A stretch of DNA of 64,000 nucleotides, taken from NCBI GenBank assembly GCA_014905635.1, contig JABVCE010000024.1, forward strand, positions 1 through 64,000, written 5' to 3'. Both the position numbers and the translations under genes were made by a program. The notes under the pieces are model-generated. The model was not told the DNA's origin and did no database searches. It was given only the letters and a program-made list of their open reading frames with translations. The stretch comes from Scenedesmus sp. PABB004. Lineage: Eukaryota. Below, piece by piece: positions 23,694 through 34,541 of this stretch (positions are counted from its first letter, which is position 1; the number at the start of each line of letters is the position of its first letter).

Positions 23694-23763
23694 TAGGGTT
23701 AAGGTTTAGGTTTAGGTTAGGTCGCCGCCTCTAGGGTTTATGTTTAGGTTAGGTTTAGGGTTA
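23694..23763 (+). repeat. Degenerate interstitial telomere-like repeats (TTTAGG/TTAGG/TTTAGGG) in two blocks
   Basis: tagggttaaggtttaggtttaggttagg and tagggtttatgtttaggttaggtttagggtta, each preceded by gtcgccgcctc. Confidence 0.8.
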
Positions 23764-23927
23764 AGCCGCAGTCGCCGCCGCCTTGCCCGCCACGGCCGGC
23801 TTTCTTGTCTATAAGCGCGCGCACCGCGAGGCGCTCGCCGCCCTATACGCCGGCCGCACCGCGGGCCACGGCTGCGGGCCAATAGCGACGTCGCGCGCGC
23901 GCGCGGGTTGTGCCGGGAAACACAAGA

Positions 23928-26900
23928 TCACCGGCCGCAGCCACTGGATTGGATTCCCGGGTCACGGCAGTCAAAGGCGCGGCAGGAGTCCCAGAAGAGG
24001 TCGTTGAGCTTGCAGGTCTTCTGGCAGCAGTCGCCGCCGTCCCACCCGCAGGCAAGCGTGTTCAGGTCGCCGTCGCAGCGGCCGTTGGCGAGGCGCACGT
24101 CGCCAGGGGCGACCGGGCACGCGGCGTTGGCGTCGCCGCCGCTCGTGTCGGGCGCGGGGCAGTTGCCGGCGCCGGCCGCCACGACGTACGCGGCCGCCGT
24201 CATCATCGTCGGCATGCTGCCGTCCGGGTTGAGGCAGGCAAACTTGGAGGCCGAGCACACGAGCATGTCGGCGGGGAGCCCGCTGCCATCCGGGGAGGCG
24301 GCGGCGTCGGCGGCGCCATCCGGCGCCCTGCACGTCCCTGCGCAGCAGTCGCCGCCGTCGTACGAGCAGATTCCAACGTTGAGCGGGCCGTTGTCGCAGA
24401 TGCCGTTGCCGACGTCGGCGATGGTGAGGTTGAGGCTGGAGGCGCTGCTGATGGCGTCCAGCCAGACGGCGCACGGCGGGGGGCCTTGGTTGCCGCCTCC
24501 GCCGCCGCCGTCGGCAGGAGGTGCAGGCGCGCTGGCGGCGCCGCCGCTGTCGGGTGGAGGCGCCTGCGGCGGCGAGCTCGCTGTGCTGGCGTCCAGGCTG
24601 CTTGGGGCGCCAGCAGGCACGGCGACGCCCGAGTCGACGGCCATGGCGGCGGCCGAGGTGGTGCCGGCGACTGCGTCCGGCGCGGGCGCAGCAGCGGTAG
24701 CAGCTGGGTCCACTTGGACGCTGCTTGTGTTGCTGGCCGCGACGCCGCCGCCGCCGCTGCGCTGGCGCTGCTCCGCGATTGCCGCGTCGAGCGCCTTGCT
24801 CAGCCAGGGGGGCGCCAGCGTGTAGTTGGCGGCCGGCGAGTCCTGCAGCAGCAACCGCAGGCGGCGTGGGATGCTGGACTCGGGCGGCGGCGTGATGCCG
24901 GTGCAGTCGTCCATGCGCCAGCACGCGTCGAAGACCTCGGCCACGCGCACCCAGTCGATCGCGCACGTCGGGCAGTCGGAGCAGTCGGACGGCAGCGCCG
25001 ACCCCAGGGCGGCAGTGGTGGTCCGGTTGGGGCAGCGCGTGCACACGGTGGCGCCGGCGGCGTCAGCAAAGGCGCCGACGGGGCAGGGCGCGCACACGAC
25101 CGCAGCGACGTCGGGCGCGTACGTCCCGGGCTGGCACGGCGTGCAGCTGGCGGCGCCGGCCGCCGCCCACGTGCCGGGCGCGCACGCCGTGCACTGCGTC
25201 ATGTTGGCGTCGCGGTACGTGCCGCTGGCGCACGGCGCGCAGCCGTGCGTGACGTTGCTCCAGACAAATCCGGGGTCGCACGCGGTGCACTGGGCAGACC
25301 CGGCAGTCGACGTCTCGGCGGGGCTGCAGGGCAAGCAGGCGTCGAACGTGGCGGCGCCGCTGGCGGGCTGGTAGGTGCCGGCCGGGCAGGCGGTGCAGTT
25401 GGTCTGGCCTTGCTCGGCGGCAAAGTAGCCAGGCGAGCACTGCGTGCACGCCGCCGAGCTCCGCGCCTCGGAAATGGAGCCGGCGGGGCTGTGTGGTGGC
25501 GGGGTGCGGGTGGGCGAGAGGTGGCAGCGAGTGAGTCGGGTGCGGACGAGAGGCTACAAGCACACGGCCAAGCCGCAACCGCCGCGCGCCACGCGGCCGC
25601 GCGCGCGCGCCCAGCAGCACTCACCAGCGCGCACAGGCGCCCATGTCCTGCGACCTGTACTCGCCAGCCAGGCAGGGCACGCAGCCAGCGGGGGTCGTCG
25701 CGTTGGAGCCGGTCTGCACCATCACGTTGGCGGTGCCGGCGTTGCACATGCACGCCAGCTTGACCTGCAGCGCCTCGTCGGGGGTGGACCACCCCAGCGG
25801 CGCCTCCAGCTGCGACGCGTCCAGCGTGCACGGCCCATCTGACGCGCACGTCGCGTGCGCGACGGCACTGGTGACGTCCGCCGTGCTGGTGCCGGCACCC
25901 AGCTCGGCGTGCGTGACGCGCGGCGACACGTCGCTGGTGGCGCAGGACAGGCTCACGGCGCTGGCGCGGTACTCGAGCATGAGCGTCAGGCCCCGCGCAG
26001 GCACGGTCACCTGCACCGCGCCGCCGCCGCCGCCGCCGCTCGGAGCGCCGGCGGCGGCAGCGGCCGCCAGGCCGGCGACGCCTTGGGACGTGCGCAGGTG
26101 CAGGCCGCCGCTGGCGCTCGGCACGATGGCAAAGGGATCGAAGCCGCCCTGGCTGATGGCGCCGTCCACGCCCAGGAGGTGGCGGCGGCGGCGGCGGCGG
26201 CGGCGCGAGCTGCCGGGCGTGATGATGATGCCGCTGAGGCTGTCGAGCGGCACGCGGGTGGGGTCGACGCACAGGTAGGTCTGCGGCGGGTGGCGCCAAG
26301 CGGGGAGGGGAGGGTTTAGTGGAGGCTTGGGAGGGCAGGGCGCGGCGCCGGGCGAGGGTCTGTGCACGCGCGTGCGCGCACCAATCGCAAGCCTGCGCCG
26401 CATCCCCCCCCCCAAGGCCCGCGCACGCGCGCACCAGCGAGAGCGTGTCGACGCCGCGCAGCGGCACCGGCGCCGCGCCGTCGTCCGGCTCCGCGAAGGC
26501 CGATCGAGTCTCGTCGATGTTGAAGTCGGTGCGGTTGCAGTTGTTGTGCGGCAGCGCCGACCACACCGCGTAGCCGATCATGCAGTGCCATAACCACCGC
26601 TCGCCAGGGGGGGCTAGGCCGGCAAACCCTTTATTTGTTTGTTTGTTTTTCATTTTGCCGCACGGGAAGCGCAGCAGGGAGGTGTAGTCAAATGCGCAGC
26701 CCTGGAACACGCGCTGCGCCTGCGTCATGACCGCTATGTAGCTGGCGTTGGCGCACACGACCCGGGCGTCGACGCCGTCAGCAAACGCGGTACGCAGGTA
26801 CTTGCCGCTGCCGTTGTCCGAGGTGAGGTCCTGGTTGTCCGGCAGCGGCACGCCCAGCAGCGCTGTGAGGGACCTCTCGAACCGGTCGATCGCCTCGGTG

Positions 26901-28054
26901 ACCGGCTTCGCGAGCTTGTCCACCTGCTGCTCGAGCTCGTCGATGAACCTGAGGTCGAAGCCGACCAACTTCAGTTCCATCCATGAGCAGCTCAGGCTCA
27001 GGCCGTCCATCTTGCAGCTGAGCGCGTCGAGCAGGGGCTTGAACACGACGTCGATGGCGCCGCCGAGGAGCTTGGCGACGTAGTCTCCCACCCAGTCAAG
27101 CGCGCTCATGATGAGGTCGGCGAGGCTGCACACCCACGTGAGCGGGCACACCGTGCCGCACTTGGTGCATCTCCAGCAGTTCCACTTCGGCCACCACCAG
27201 CACACCTTGAAGCAAAAGTCTGCGGGGCACTTGATGCTATCGATAAACCAAGAGATATAGCCGAGGGCCGGCTCGAGCGCCGCGGCGATCGGCTCGAGCG
27301 GCGCCATGACGGTGTCGTACGCAGACTTGACCGCGCTGCCAAACGCCTTGACCTTGTCGATCACCGGCTTGATCGCGGCGACCGGCGGGTCAATCACGTC
27401 GCGCAGCGACGTGAGAACCGCGGTCGCGCTGCCGACCGCGGTGTACAGCTGGCTGAGCGGGCTCGAGTCAAGGCGCAGCCAAATGGTGTCATCGTTGCCG
27501 CCGGCTGCCGCGGCTGCCGTGCCGTTGCCGCCGCCGCCGCCGTCGCCGTGCAGGCGGCGCCGGCTGCCCCAGCCGGCCTTGTCGCAGTCGGACCGCGGCC
27601 CGACAACGTTCCACTTGAAGGTGCTGCTGTCGTCAAAAATGCAGACCGCAAAGGGGTACAGGCGCGGCTGCGTGCCGGCTGGGTACATTAGCGCTGCCGG
27701 GTTGTTGCGGCCGCTGGCGGCGGCCGCGTCAACCCAGTCCTGCACCACATAGCGCACCCAGGCGTTGGAGCTTGCCTGCGCCGCGCGCGCATACGTCGGC
27801 AGCCACACGTTGAGCCACCAGGCGACGATCGGCTCATAGTGCGTGCGGTGTTTGTTGATTTCGATGAGGCGCATCACCGTCTTGGTCAGCTTGCTATCCT
27901 GGTCGCTGCGGTGGCACGGGCGGGCAGGGCGGGCGGGCGCGTCGCGTCGCGCAGCGCGCGCCGAGGCGGGTCAGCAAACGCCGCGGCAGGCAGGGCATAT
28001 GCGCGGGCGGGAGCGCGGCCTCTCCCAGGCCTCACACCCGCCCCTGCCCCCACG

Positions 28055-28096
<42 letters not shown>

Positions 28097-29577
28097 TGGT
28101 CACCACACGCGCGCGCGCTCACCACATGCTGGTCATTTTCGTTTGCCAGTCGGCGTTGCCTCTGCCTTCGCAATAATTGAAGGACGCCTCGTTACACCAC
28201 TCGCCCGGCACTCTCAAAAACTTGAGCGGCCCCAACCTGCTGAGGCTGGCCAGGCCCTCGCCCAGGCGCTTGGTTAAGCCGCAAATGCTGTTGTAGCCCG
28301 GCATCACGCCGCCGGTGATGGGAAAGGTTTTAAACCATACTTTGAACGCGCCTTTTTTGGTCGCGTAGCTGTTTGTGCCGCCCATGCCGCACAGCATGCC
28401 ATACGCTGGTGTGTCGGCGGGCGACGGTGGGGCGGTGGGTGGGCGGGTGTGAGCGGCGGCGAGAGGCGTGTCAAGCCGCTGGCTGCAGCGGGGGCAGCGG
28501 CGCGCGCTTGGCGGGGCGCGCGTGCCCGCGCCGCCGCCGTCGTCGCCGCTGCCGCCGCGGCCGTCTCAGGCCACTCGCAACGGCACGGCACGCACGCGAG
28601 CCGCCCGCCAGGCCCCCTCTGCTCTGCCCTGCGCTCACTGTTAAACGCGATGTTGATGACCTCGTTGAAGCCCAACCTGCGGGGGAAAAACAAGAGAAGG
28701 GGGTGGGTGCGGGAGGGGGACACATGAAGGGGGCGGGGGCGCAGCAGAGAGCGAACTCGCGGCGTGGGCGCGAGGCGCCATGCAGACCCCTCCCCCCGCG
28801 CACTGATGGCACCCAACCACAACGCCTCTCGTGCGCCTCGCGCACCACGACTGTGCCTGGATGTCATCGGGCATGAAATCCTTCAAGACACGCAGAGTGA
28901 AGACGCTGAGGAACACGTTGACCGGCGTCGTCGGGTCGAGCACTGCGCGTGCGTGCGACGCAGGGCCGAGTCACCGTCAGTCGCCGCGCGCGGCGGTGCA
29001 GCGCGTGCGCGCGCGGCGGCGCTGGCCTCCCGCCACCCGGCGGCGGCGGCGCCAGCCGGCGGGCCGCCCAACCTGAACCTGAGCCTACATTGCGTGAACA
29101 CAGCCGCCGCCACGCGCGATCCTATGATGGCATCCTCCAGCTCGAAGAGGGCGCTGCACTCCCTCCAGGTGGCGTAGCCGCCAAAGCACGTGCTATTGCG
29201 GACCGCGTTGACGGCGGTCAGGTTGAGCTTGGAAGAGTCCCACTGCCGTGGGTGGGGTGGGGGCGCAGGCGGGGGTGAGTGGGCGAGCAGGCACGGCAAC
29301 CGCAACAGTGTGTGACCGACTGAAACGAGGAGGGGGGCCGCCGCCGCCAAAGTTGCCAGGAGCCCCGTGAATGCCGGCCGCGCGCGCCGCGCGCCGCGCG
29401 CCGCGCGCCGCCCTCCACGCGACGCACGTCGGCAGAGTCGTAGATGAAACTCCACGGGCGGCACAAATACTGCTCGGCAGAGCCTTTGGGGGCGTCAGCG
29501 CAGCCCGCCGCGGCGGGGCTCAGCAGGGCCAGCACGAGCGCGGCGGTGAGCGTGGTGGCGGCGTTCATGCGACGCAT
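23928..29577 (-). CDS. Large secreted Cys-rich protein: signal peptide, unknown N-terminal and helical domains, GCC2/GCC3 (ephrin-receptor-like) repeats, two LNR/Notch-like repeats; 7 exons
   Basis: All six GT-AG introns splice in frame; CxxCPAGTY-type repeats at about 25000-25700; GNGICDNGPLNVGICSYDGGDCC and ANGRCDGDLNTLACGWDGGDCC. Confidence 0.85.
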
Positions 29578-30155
29578 GTTCCGGAGGGCAGCCGAGCGAG
29601 CGAAAACGGCGTCGAAAGCGGTGGGGCGCAATCAGGTATCGAGTGGGACGTGCTCTTTCGCAGCGCCGGTACCGGCGCCACATGACAGGCACCATCCCGG
29701 CGCACGCTTGCCTTATGAGCCGCGCAGAACGGAACGAATGCTCTATTTTATTCTCTTTTATGCGCTCTTTGTGCCACGCGCTCCCTCCCCAGACGCTTCA
29801 CCATTCCGCTCTCTTTGTTTGATCTCTTTTTTTTTCTCTTTTTTTGTTTCTGCTCTTCTTTTTTTTGTCCCGCATCTACTCTAGAATTCCCTGGCGCACG
29901 CCATCCCACCGGCCGGCTTGGGGGATGGGGCGGCAGGGGCAGGGGCGCCGCCCCGCTGCTGCTGGCAGCAGCAGCGCCGCGCCGCGCCGCCGCCGCCCCA
30001 ACACCGACCATGGGCAGCCTACGAACGCCGGCCGGCCGCCTGAAACAGGCCACAGCGGCGCGCAGGCGTGGCGGCTGGGTGCCGGCCCGCAGGTCGTTCC
30101 CCGGCGAGGGGTCCCCCACCCGGAACGGGTGACAAGGGCGAGAAACACAACACAA

Positions 30156-30999
30156 CGCACCGCCAAGGGCGAGGTGTGGACCTTCGGTGAGTGAGCGTCG
30201 GCTCAGCCGGCATGGGCGCTGACAGGGCGCCGCCCGGCCCGCAGCGCGCCCGCCTGGCGCGAGCCCGGGCAAGGGCGCGCCGCCGCACGCGCCCTGAGGC
30301 CCCAGGCGCGCCGCCCGCCGCTCCGGCGCAGGCGCCGACTACAACGGCGCGCTCGGCGGCGGCGACGCGAGCTGGCTGAGCTCGCCGCGCCGCGTGGCGG
30401 CGCCCATCGCCGCCGCGCTGGCCGCCGACGGCGGCGCCGTTGCCGTGGCGGCGGGGGGCACGTTTGCCGCGGCGCGCACCGCGGCGGGGAGCGTGCTGGT
30501 GTGGGGCCGACTCGGACCCGCGACGCCGGCGGCGGCACCGTTTGCGCGCGTCGCGCTGCCGCGCGGCGTGGCGGTGCGCGGCATGGCCGCCGGTCAGCAG
30601 CACCTGCTTATGACGGACGGCGCCCGCGTGTGGGCCGTGGGGCGCTGGCTGGACGCCGCGGGCGACGAGGCCGGCGCCGCGTGCGCGTCGGCGCCGTGCG
30701 AGCTGCTCGCGCTGCCCGGCGGCGCGGGCGTGGCGCGTGTCGCGGCCGGCGCGCACGCGAGCGCCGCGGTCACCGACGACGGCGGTCTGTGGCTCTGGGG
30801 CCGCCTGCTCGACGAGCAGCACGGCCACGGCCTGCTCCGCCGCGCCGGCAGCGCTGCCGCGTCCGCAGGAGCCCCCGCGCCCGTGGACTGGCGCTGGGCG
30901 GGCTTCGGCGGCGCCACGCCGCGCCGCGTCGAAGAGCTCGGCGCGCGCGTGCGCGACGTCGCACTCGGGGGTTGGCACGCGCTGGTGCTGACCGACTAG
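30156..30999 (+). pseudogene. RCC1-repeat gene, 3' half, continuing 21485-22623
   Basis: RTAKGEVWTFG/ADYNGALG, VAAGGTFAAARTAAGSVLVWG, MAAGQQHLL, VAAGAHASAAVTDDGGLWLWG, VALGGWHALVLTD*. Confidence 0.85.
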
Positions 31000-31531
31000 T
31001 CGGTCAATCCCCCCGCGGCGGACGTAGCAGAGCACGGAAGCAGGTGTCGGGCGGCCGTGCAGCCTCGGCAGCAGGCGCTGCGCAAGCGCCCGCGGCCGCG
31101 GGCGGCCACGGGCTCGTCGGGGAGCGGGTCTCAAGCAGCGGGCAGTTCATTTCATCTTGATCAAGACGACAATCGATTGTCGGTGTGTGCGTTTGCCGCC
31201 GTGCGCGCGGCCACAGTCAACCATTTGCCCCCCGCGCGCTGATCCCGACGGCGCGGCGTGCGTCGCCGGCCAGCCGCTAATCAAGAGCCCGTCCGCCGCA
31301 AAATCAAGAGCACGGCGCACGAGCGCCCATAGCCGGCCAGAGCGCCGCCGGCGCCACACAGCTCAATGCCTAGTACGAGTGCCCTCCCCACGATGGCCGC
31401 GCCGCTGCTGCTGCCACGATCCAGGTCATGCCGCGCCAGCGCCACTGCCCCACCGCCGACTCTCAAGACAGCGCAAAGCCCCGGGCGTCGTGTGTCAGGC
31501 CTGCGCCGCAAGCGCTATCCCGCACCACCGG

Positions 31532-32559
31532 TCAAGGCGTGTTGGTCTCGGGCGCGAGCAGCCCGGACGCGCCCCACACGGCCTGCGTGGCCTTGGGGTT
31601 AAAGTTGGCGTTGGTGTAGTAGCACTTGTCGGGGCACTTGGGCATGCCCGGCGGCACCGTCGCCGCGGCGATGCCCTCGGGGTCCTCGATGATCGCGATG
31701 CCCTGCGCGTGTGACGAAGGCCCGAGGGAGGCGCGAGGGCGAGGGGAGCGCGGCGGGGCGCGCGTGGGCGAGGCAAGGGCGCGCAGCGCGCGAGCCCGCC
31801 GACGGGGCAGGCCGCGGCGGGCGGCGCGGCAGCGGCGCCCCGCACCTGCCCCATCAGCTCGTGCGCCGCGATGTGGCAGTGCAGCGGCCACACGCCGGTG
31901 TTGTTGGCCACGAACCTGCGCGCGTCGCGGCGCGGCAGGGGCCTCCGCGCGGCGCCCCGGCGTCGCCGGCGGCGGCGCGCGCGCGCGCTAGGGCGCACCT
32001 GATGGCGACCCACGCGGCGGCGTCCTCGGTGGTGCCGTTGAAGAGCACCGTGGTCGTGTCGCGCAGCACGGGGGTGGCCGTGTAGCTGGGGCCGCCGACG
32101 AGCTCGGGCGACCACGCGCCCATGCCCATGCCGACCTGCCCGCGGCGGCGGCGCGACGCGGGTGGGCCCGCCGGGCGTGCGCGCGTGAGAGCGCGCGGCG
32201 GCGCCTCGCGCCTGAAAAAAGTGATGGCCGTGAAGGTGAAACGAATGCTGCTCGCGCCCGTTGCGCGCGCTGGTGAGCGGGGAGGTCGTGTTGTACTCGC
32301 CGCCGTTGGCGCCGGCGCGGAGGTTCTGGATGACGATCTCGACCACCTCGCCGCGCTTGGCTGGCGGCGCGCGAGTTGGGGAGGCAGGCGGGTCGCGGCG
32401 CGGGGCGCTTGCGCGTTGCTGGCGGCGCGGCGCGGCGTGCAGAGCAGCACGCCAGCGGCGGGCGCTGCGCTCGGCGGCGGCGCGGAGGGGGCGCGGCGAG
32501 CAGCGGGCCATCCCCGAGCGCACCGGTGAGGACGTGCGTGCCGGCGCCGGGCTTGAGCT
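31532..32559 (-). pseudogene. 3' part (third cupredoxin domain) of a multicopper oxidase, ascorbate oxidase/laccase-like; 5' part absent
   Basis: [55 protein letters not shown]; cut at the 32560 junction. Confidence 0.88.
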
Positions 32560-34541
32560 TGCACCTGCTGTTGCTGCTGCTGCTGCTGCGGCTGCGGCTG
32601 CTGCGCCTGCTGCTGCTCCTCCTGCTGCTCCTGCTGCTCCTGCTGCTCCGGCGCGCCCTCCGTGGCCAGGTGCTGCTCGTCGTGCCAGACTTCACCCCAT
32701 AGCCCCTGCAGCTGCGCCAGCACTGCCAGCAGCACTGTCGCCTGCAGCGGCACCTCGCGCTGCCAGGCGGGGCCGCCAGCGCGCTCCGCGGCCGCCAGGA
32801 AGCGCAGAATCAGCGCGCCGCCGAGCAGCCCCAGCTGTGCTGCGTCGGGGCTGGCAGCTCCAGGCAGCTCGTCACCGGCCTCTTCCTCCTCCTCCTCTGC
32901 CGGCGCGGCTGGCGCCGCTGCCGCTGCCGCTGCCGCTGCCGCTGCCGCTGCCGCTGCCGTCGCCGCTGCCGCTGCCGTCGCCGCTGCCGCCGACGGCGCT
33001 GCCGCTGCCGCCTCTGCCACCGCAGGCTCGGGCACGGCGGTGCCGCTGGCCTCGGGCTGCGTGGGGTGCAGCGCCGACGCGATCGACGCCAGCAGCGCGG
33101 TGAGGTTGGCCGCGACGCCGCCAGCGTCTGCCGGTGCCGGCTGCGCGCCCGCCTCGGCCGCCACCGCGGCGGCGGCGCCAGCCGGGGCGTGCTCGGTGGC
33201 ACAGGCGGCGCACAGCCGCCACAGCGCCGCCGCGGCGTCGGGGCCGCCAGCGCCCTGCAGCAGCGCGACTGCGCGGCCGCTGTGCGCCAGCAGCGGGCTT
33301 GAGCGCGCGAACAGAAACGCCAGGCCCCCCATGCCCTCGTCGCTCAGGCCGTAGCGCGACGCAAACGCGGCGCCACGCGGCGAGCTGGCCGCCGCCTCGG
33401 GCCCGTCGGGGCTGCCGCACAGCAGCGCGAGCGCCGCCTCCAGCATGACGTGCGCCGGCACCGCCAGCCCCATGGCCGCGGCCGCGGCCAGCGCGCCCGA
33501 CCGCTCGCCTTTGAGAGACTGGGACAGCCGCAGCGCGTCGTGGCCGGGACCTTCCAGGAGTGATTCGTTCAGCGACTGCCGCACCGCCTCATCTACGAAC
33601 ACCCTGAGCGTCGCGCCGTGCTCGGGCGTGTCCGGCGGCAGCGGCTGCCTGCGCGGCGCGGCGCGGCGCGGCGCGGCGCGGCGCGGCGGGCGCGGCGGCG
33701 GCTGAGCGCGCGGCAGCGCGGCCGCGGGCGCTCCCTGCCAGGGGCGCAGACCCGCCTCACCCGTCCACCAGCAGGCCGGCCGCCACGTCCGCCAGCAGCA
33801 TGACGCGCACGTGCGGCGCCAGGCTGGCCAGCAGGTCCTGGTCGGCTGCGCGGCGGGGGCGGGGGCGGCGGGCGGCACGTGCTGGGCGCTGCGCGCAGCG
33901 CCTGGCGGGCGGCGCGCGGCGCGCCCCGGCGCACGGCGCACCCTCGTCCTCCGTGCCGGCGCGGGCCGCAATGTTTTCCGCTACCTTTGTCGCGGTTCTG
34001 GCCACCTTGCTGCCGGCGTTCGTTCGCAGCACGCCAATGCACGTGTGGGCCACGAGCAGGCGCAGCTCTGGCACGCCCCGCAGGGCCGCAAAGCCGTGCC
34101 GGCCCGCCGCCAGCCACGCAGCCATCCGCACCTGCGCGCGTGGGCGCAGCGGCGGCGGTGAGCGTGACTGCTGCGCAGCAGCAGCCGCGGCCGGCCGCAC
34201 GAGGCTGCCCGCGCTCACCACGTTGACGTGCCGGGCCAGCCCGGGCTGCATGCCGTCCACCGCCGCGCCGCCGCCTCCCTCAAACAGCAGGCCTGCGACG
34301 GCCCGGGCGCGCAAGCCCGTGAGAACGCGCGCGCGCTCGCCGCGCTGACGGCGGACGTGCCGGCGCGATTGCGCGCCGCACCCGGGTCGTGGGGCGTGTC
34401 CAGCGGCAGCAGCAGCCCAGCGCGCCGGATGGCATTGACCGCTGAATCGAACAGCTCTGCGACGGCTTTTTGCTGCGCCGGATGCATGAGGTGGCCGTGG
34501 GCCAGCAGCCACGCCTCGCGGGCCTGCGCGACGCTCGTCAT
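32560..34541 (-). pseudogene. 3'-truncated duplicate of the MYND-finger gene, ending in the poly-Gln tract
   Basis: Same 5' exons as 12878-14920, abutting the multicopper oxidase exon out of frame. Confidence 0.8.

Larger units (their letters stand above)
22624..30155. mobile_element. Putative non-autonomous cargo-carrying insertion (7532 bp) inside an RCC1 exon
   Basis: Removing it joins CTG(22621-3) to CGC(30156-8) and restores GKFFSVL-RTAKGEVWTFG in frame. Hairpins at 22624-22647 and 30117-30131; ends in (CACAA)2; no TIR, LTR or clear TSD. Confidence 0.75.

Noticed and set aside
29875..30155. Canonical Helitron end, or HDV/hammerhead ribozyme, at the right end of the insertion
   Set aside because: A|TCTACT..CTAG is present, but no hairpin-plus-CTRR|T terminus follows, and I could not build the ribozyme pairings or the CUGANGA/GAAA core.
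31854..33971. In-frame MYND-multicopper oxidase chimera
   Set aside because: At the junction the oxidase exon (KLKPGAGTHVLT) is one base out of frame with the poly-Gln frame.
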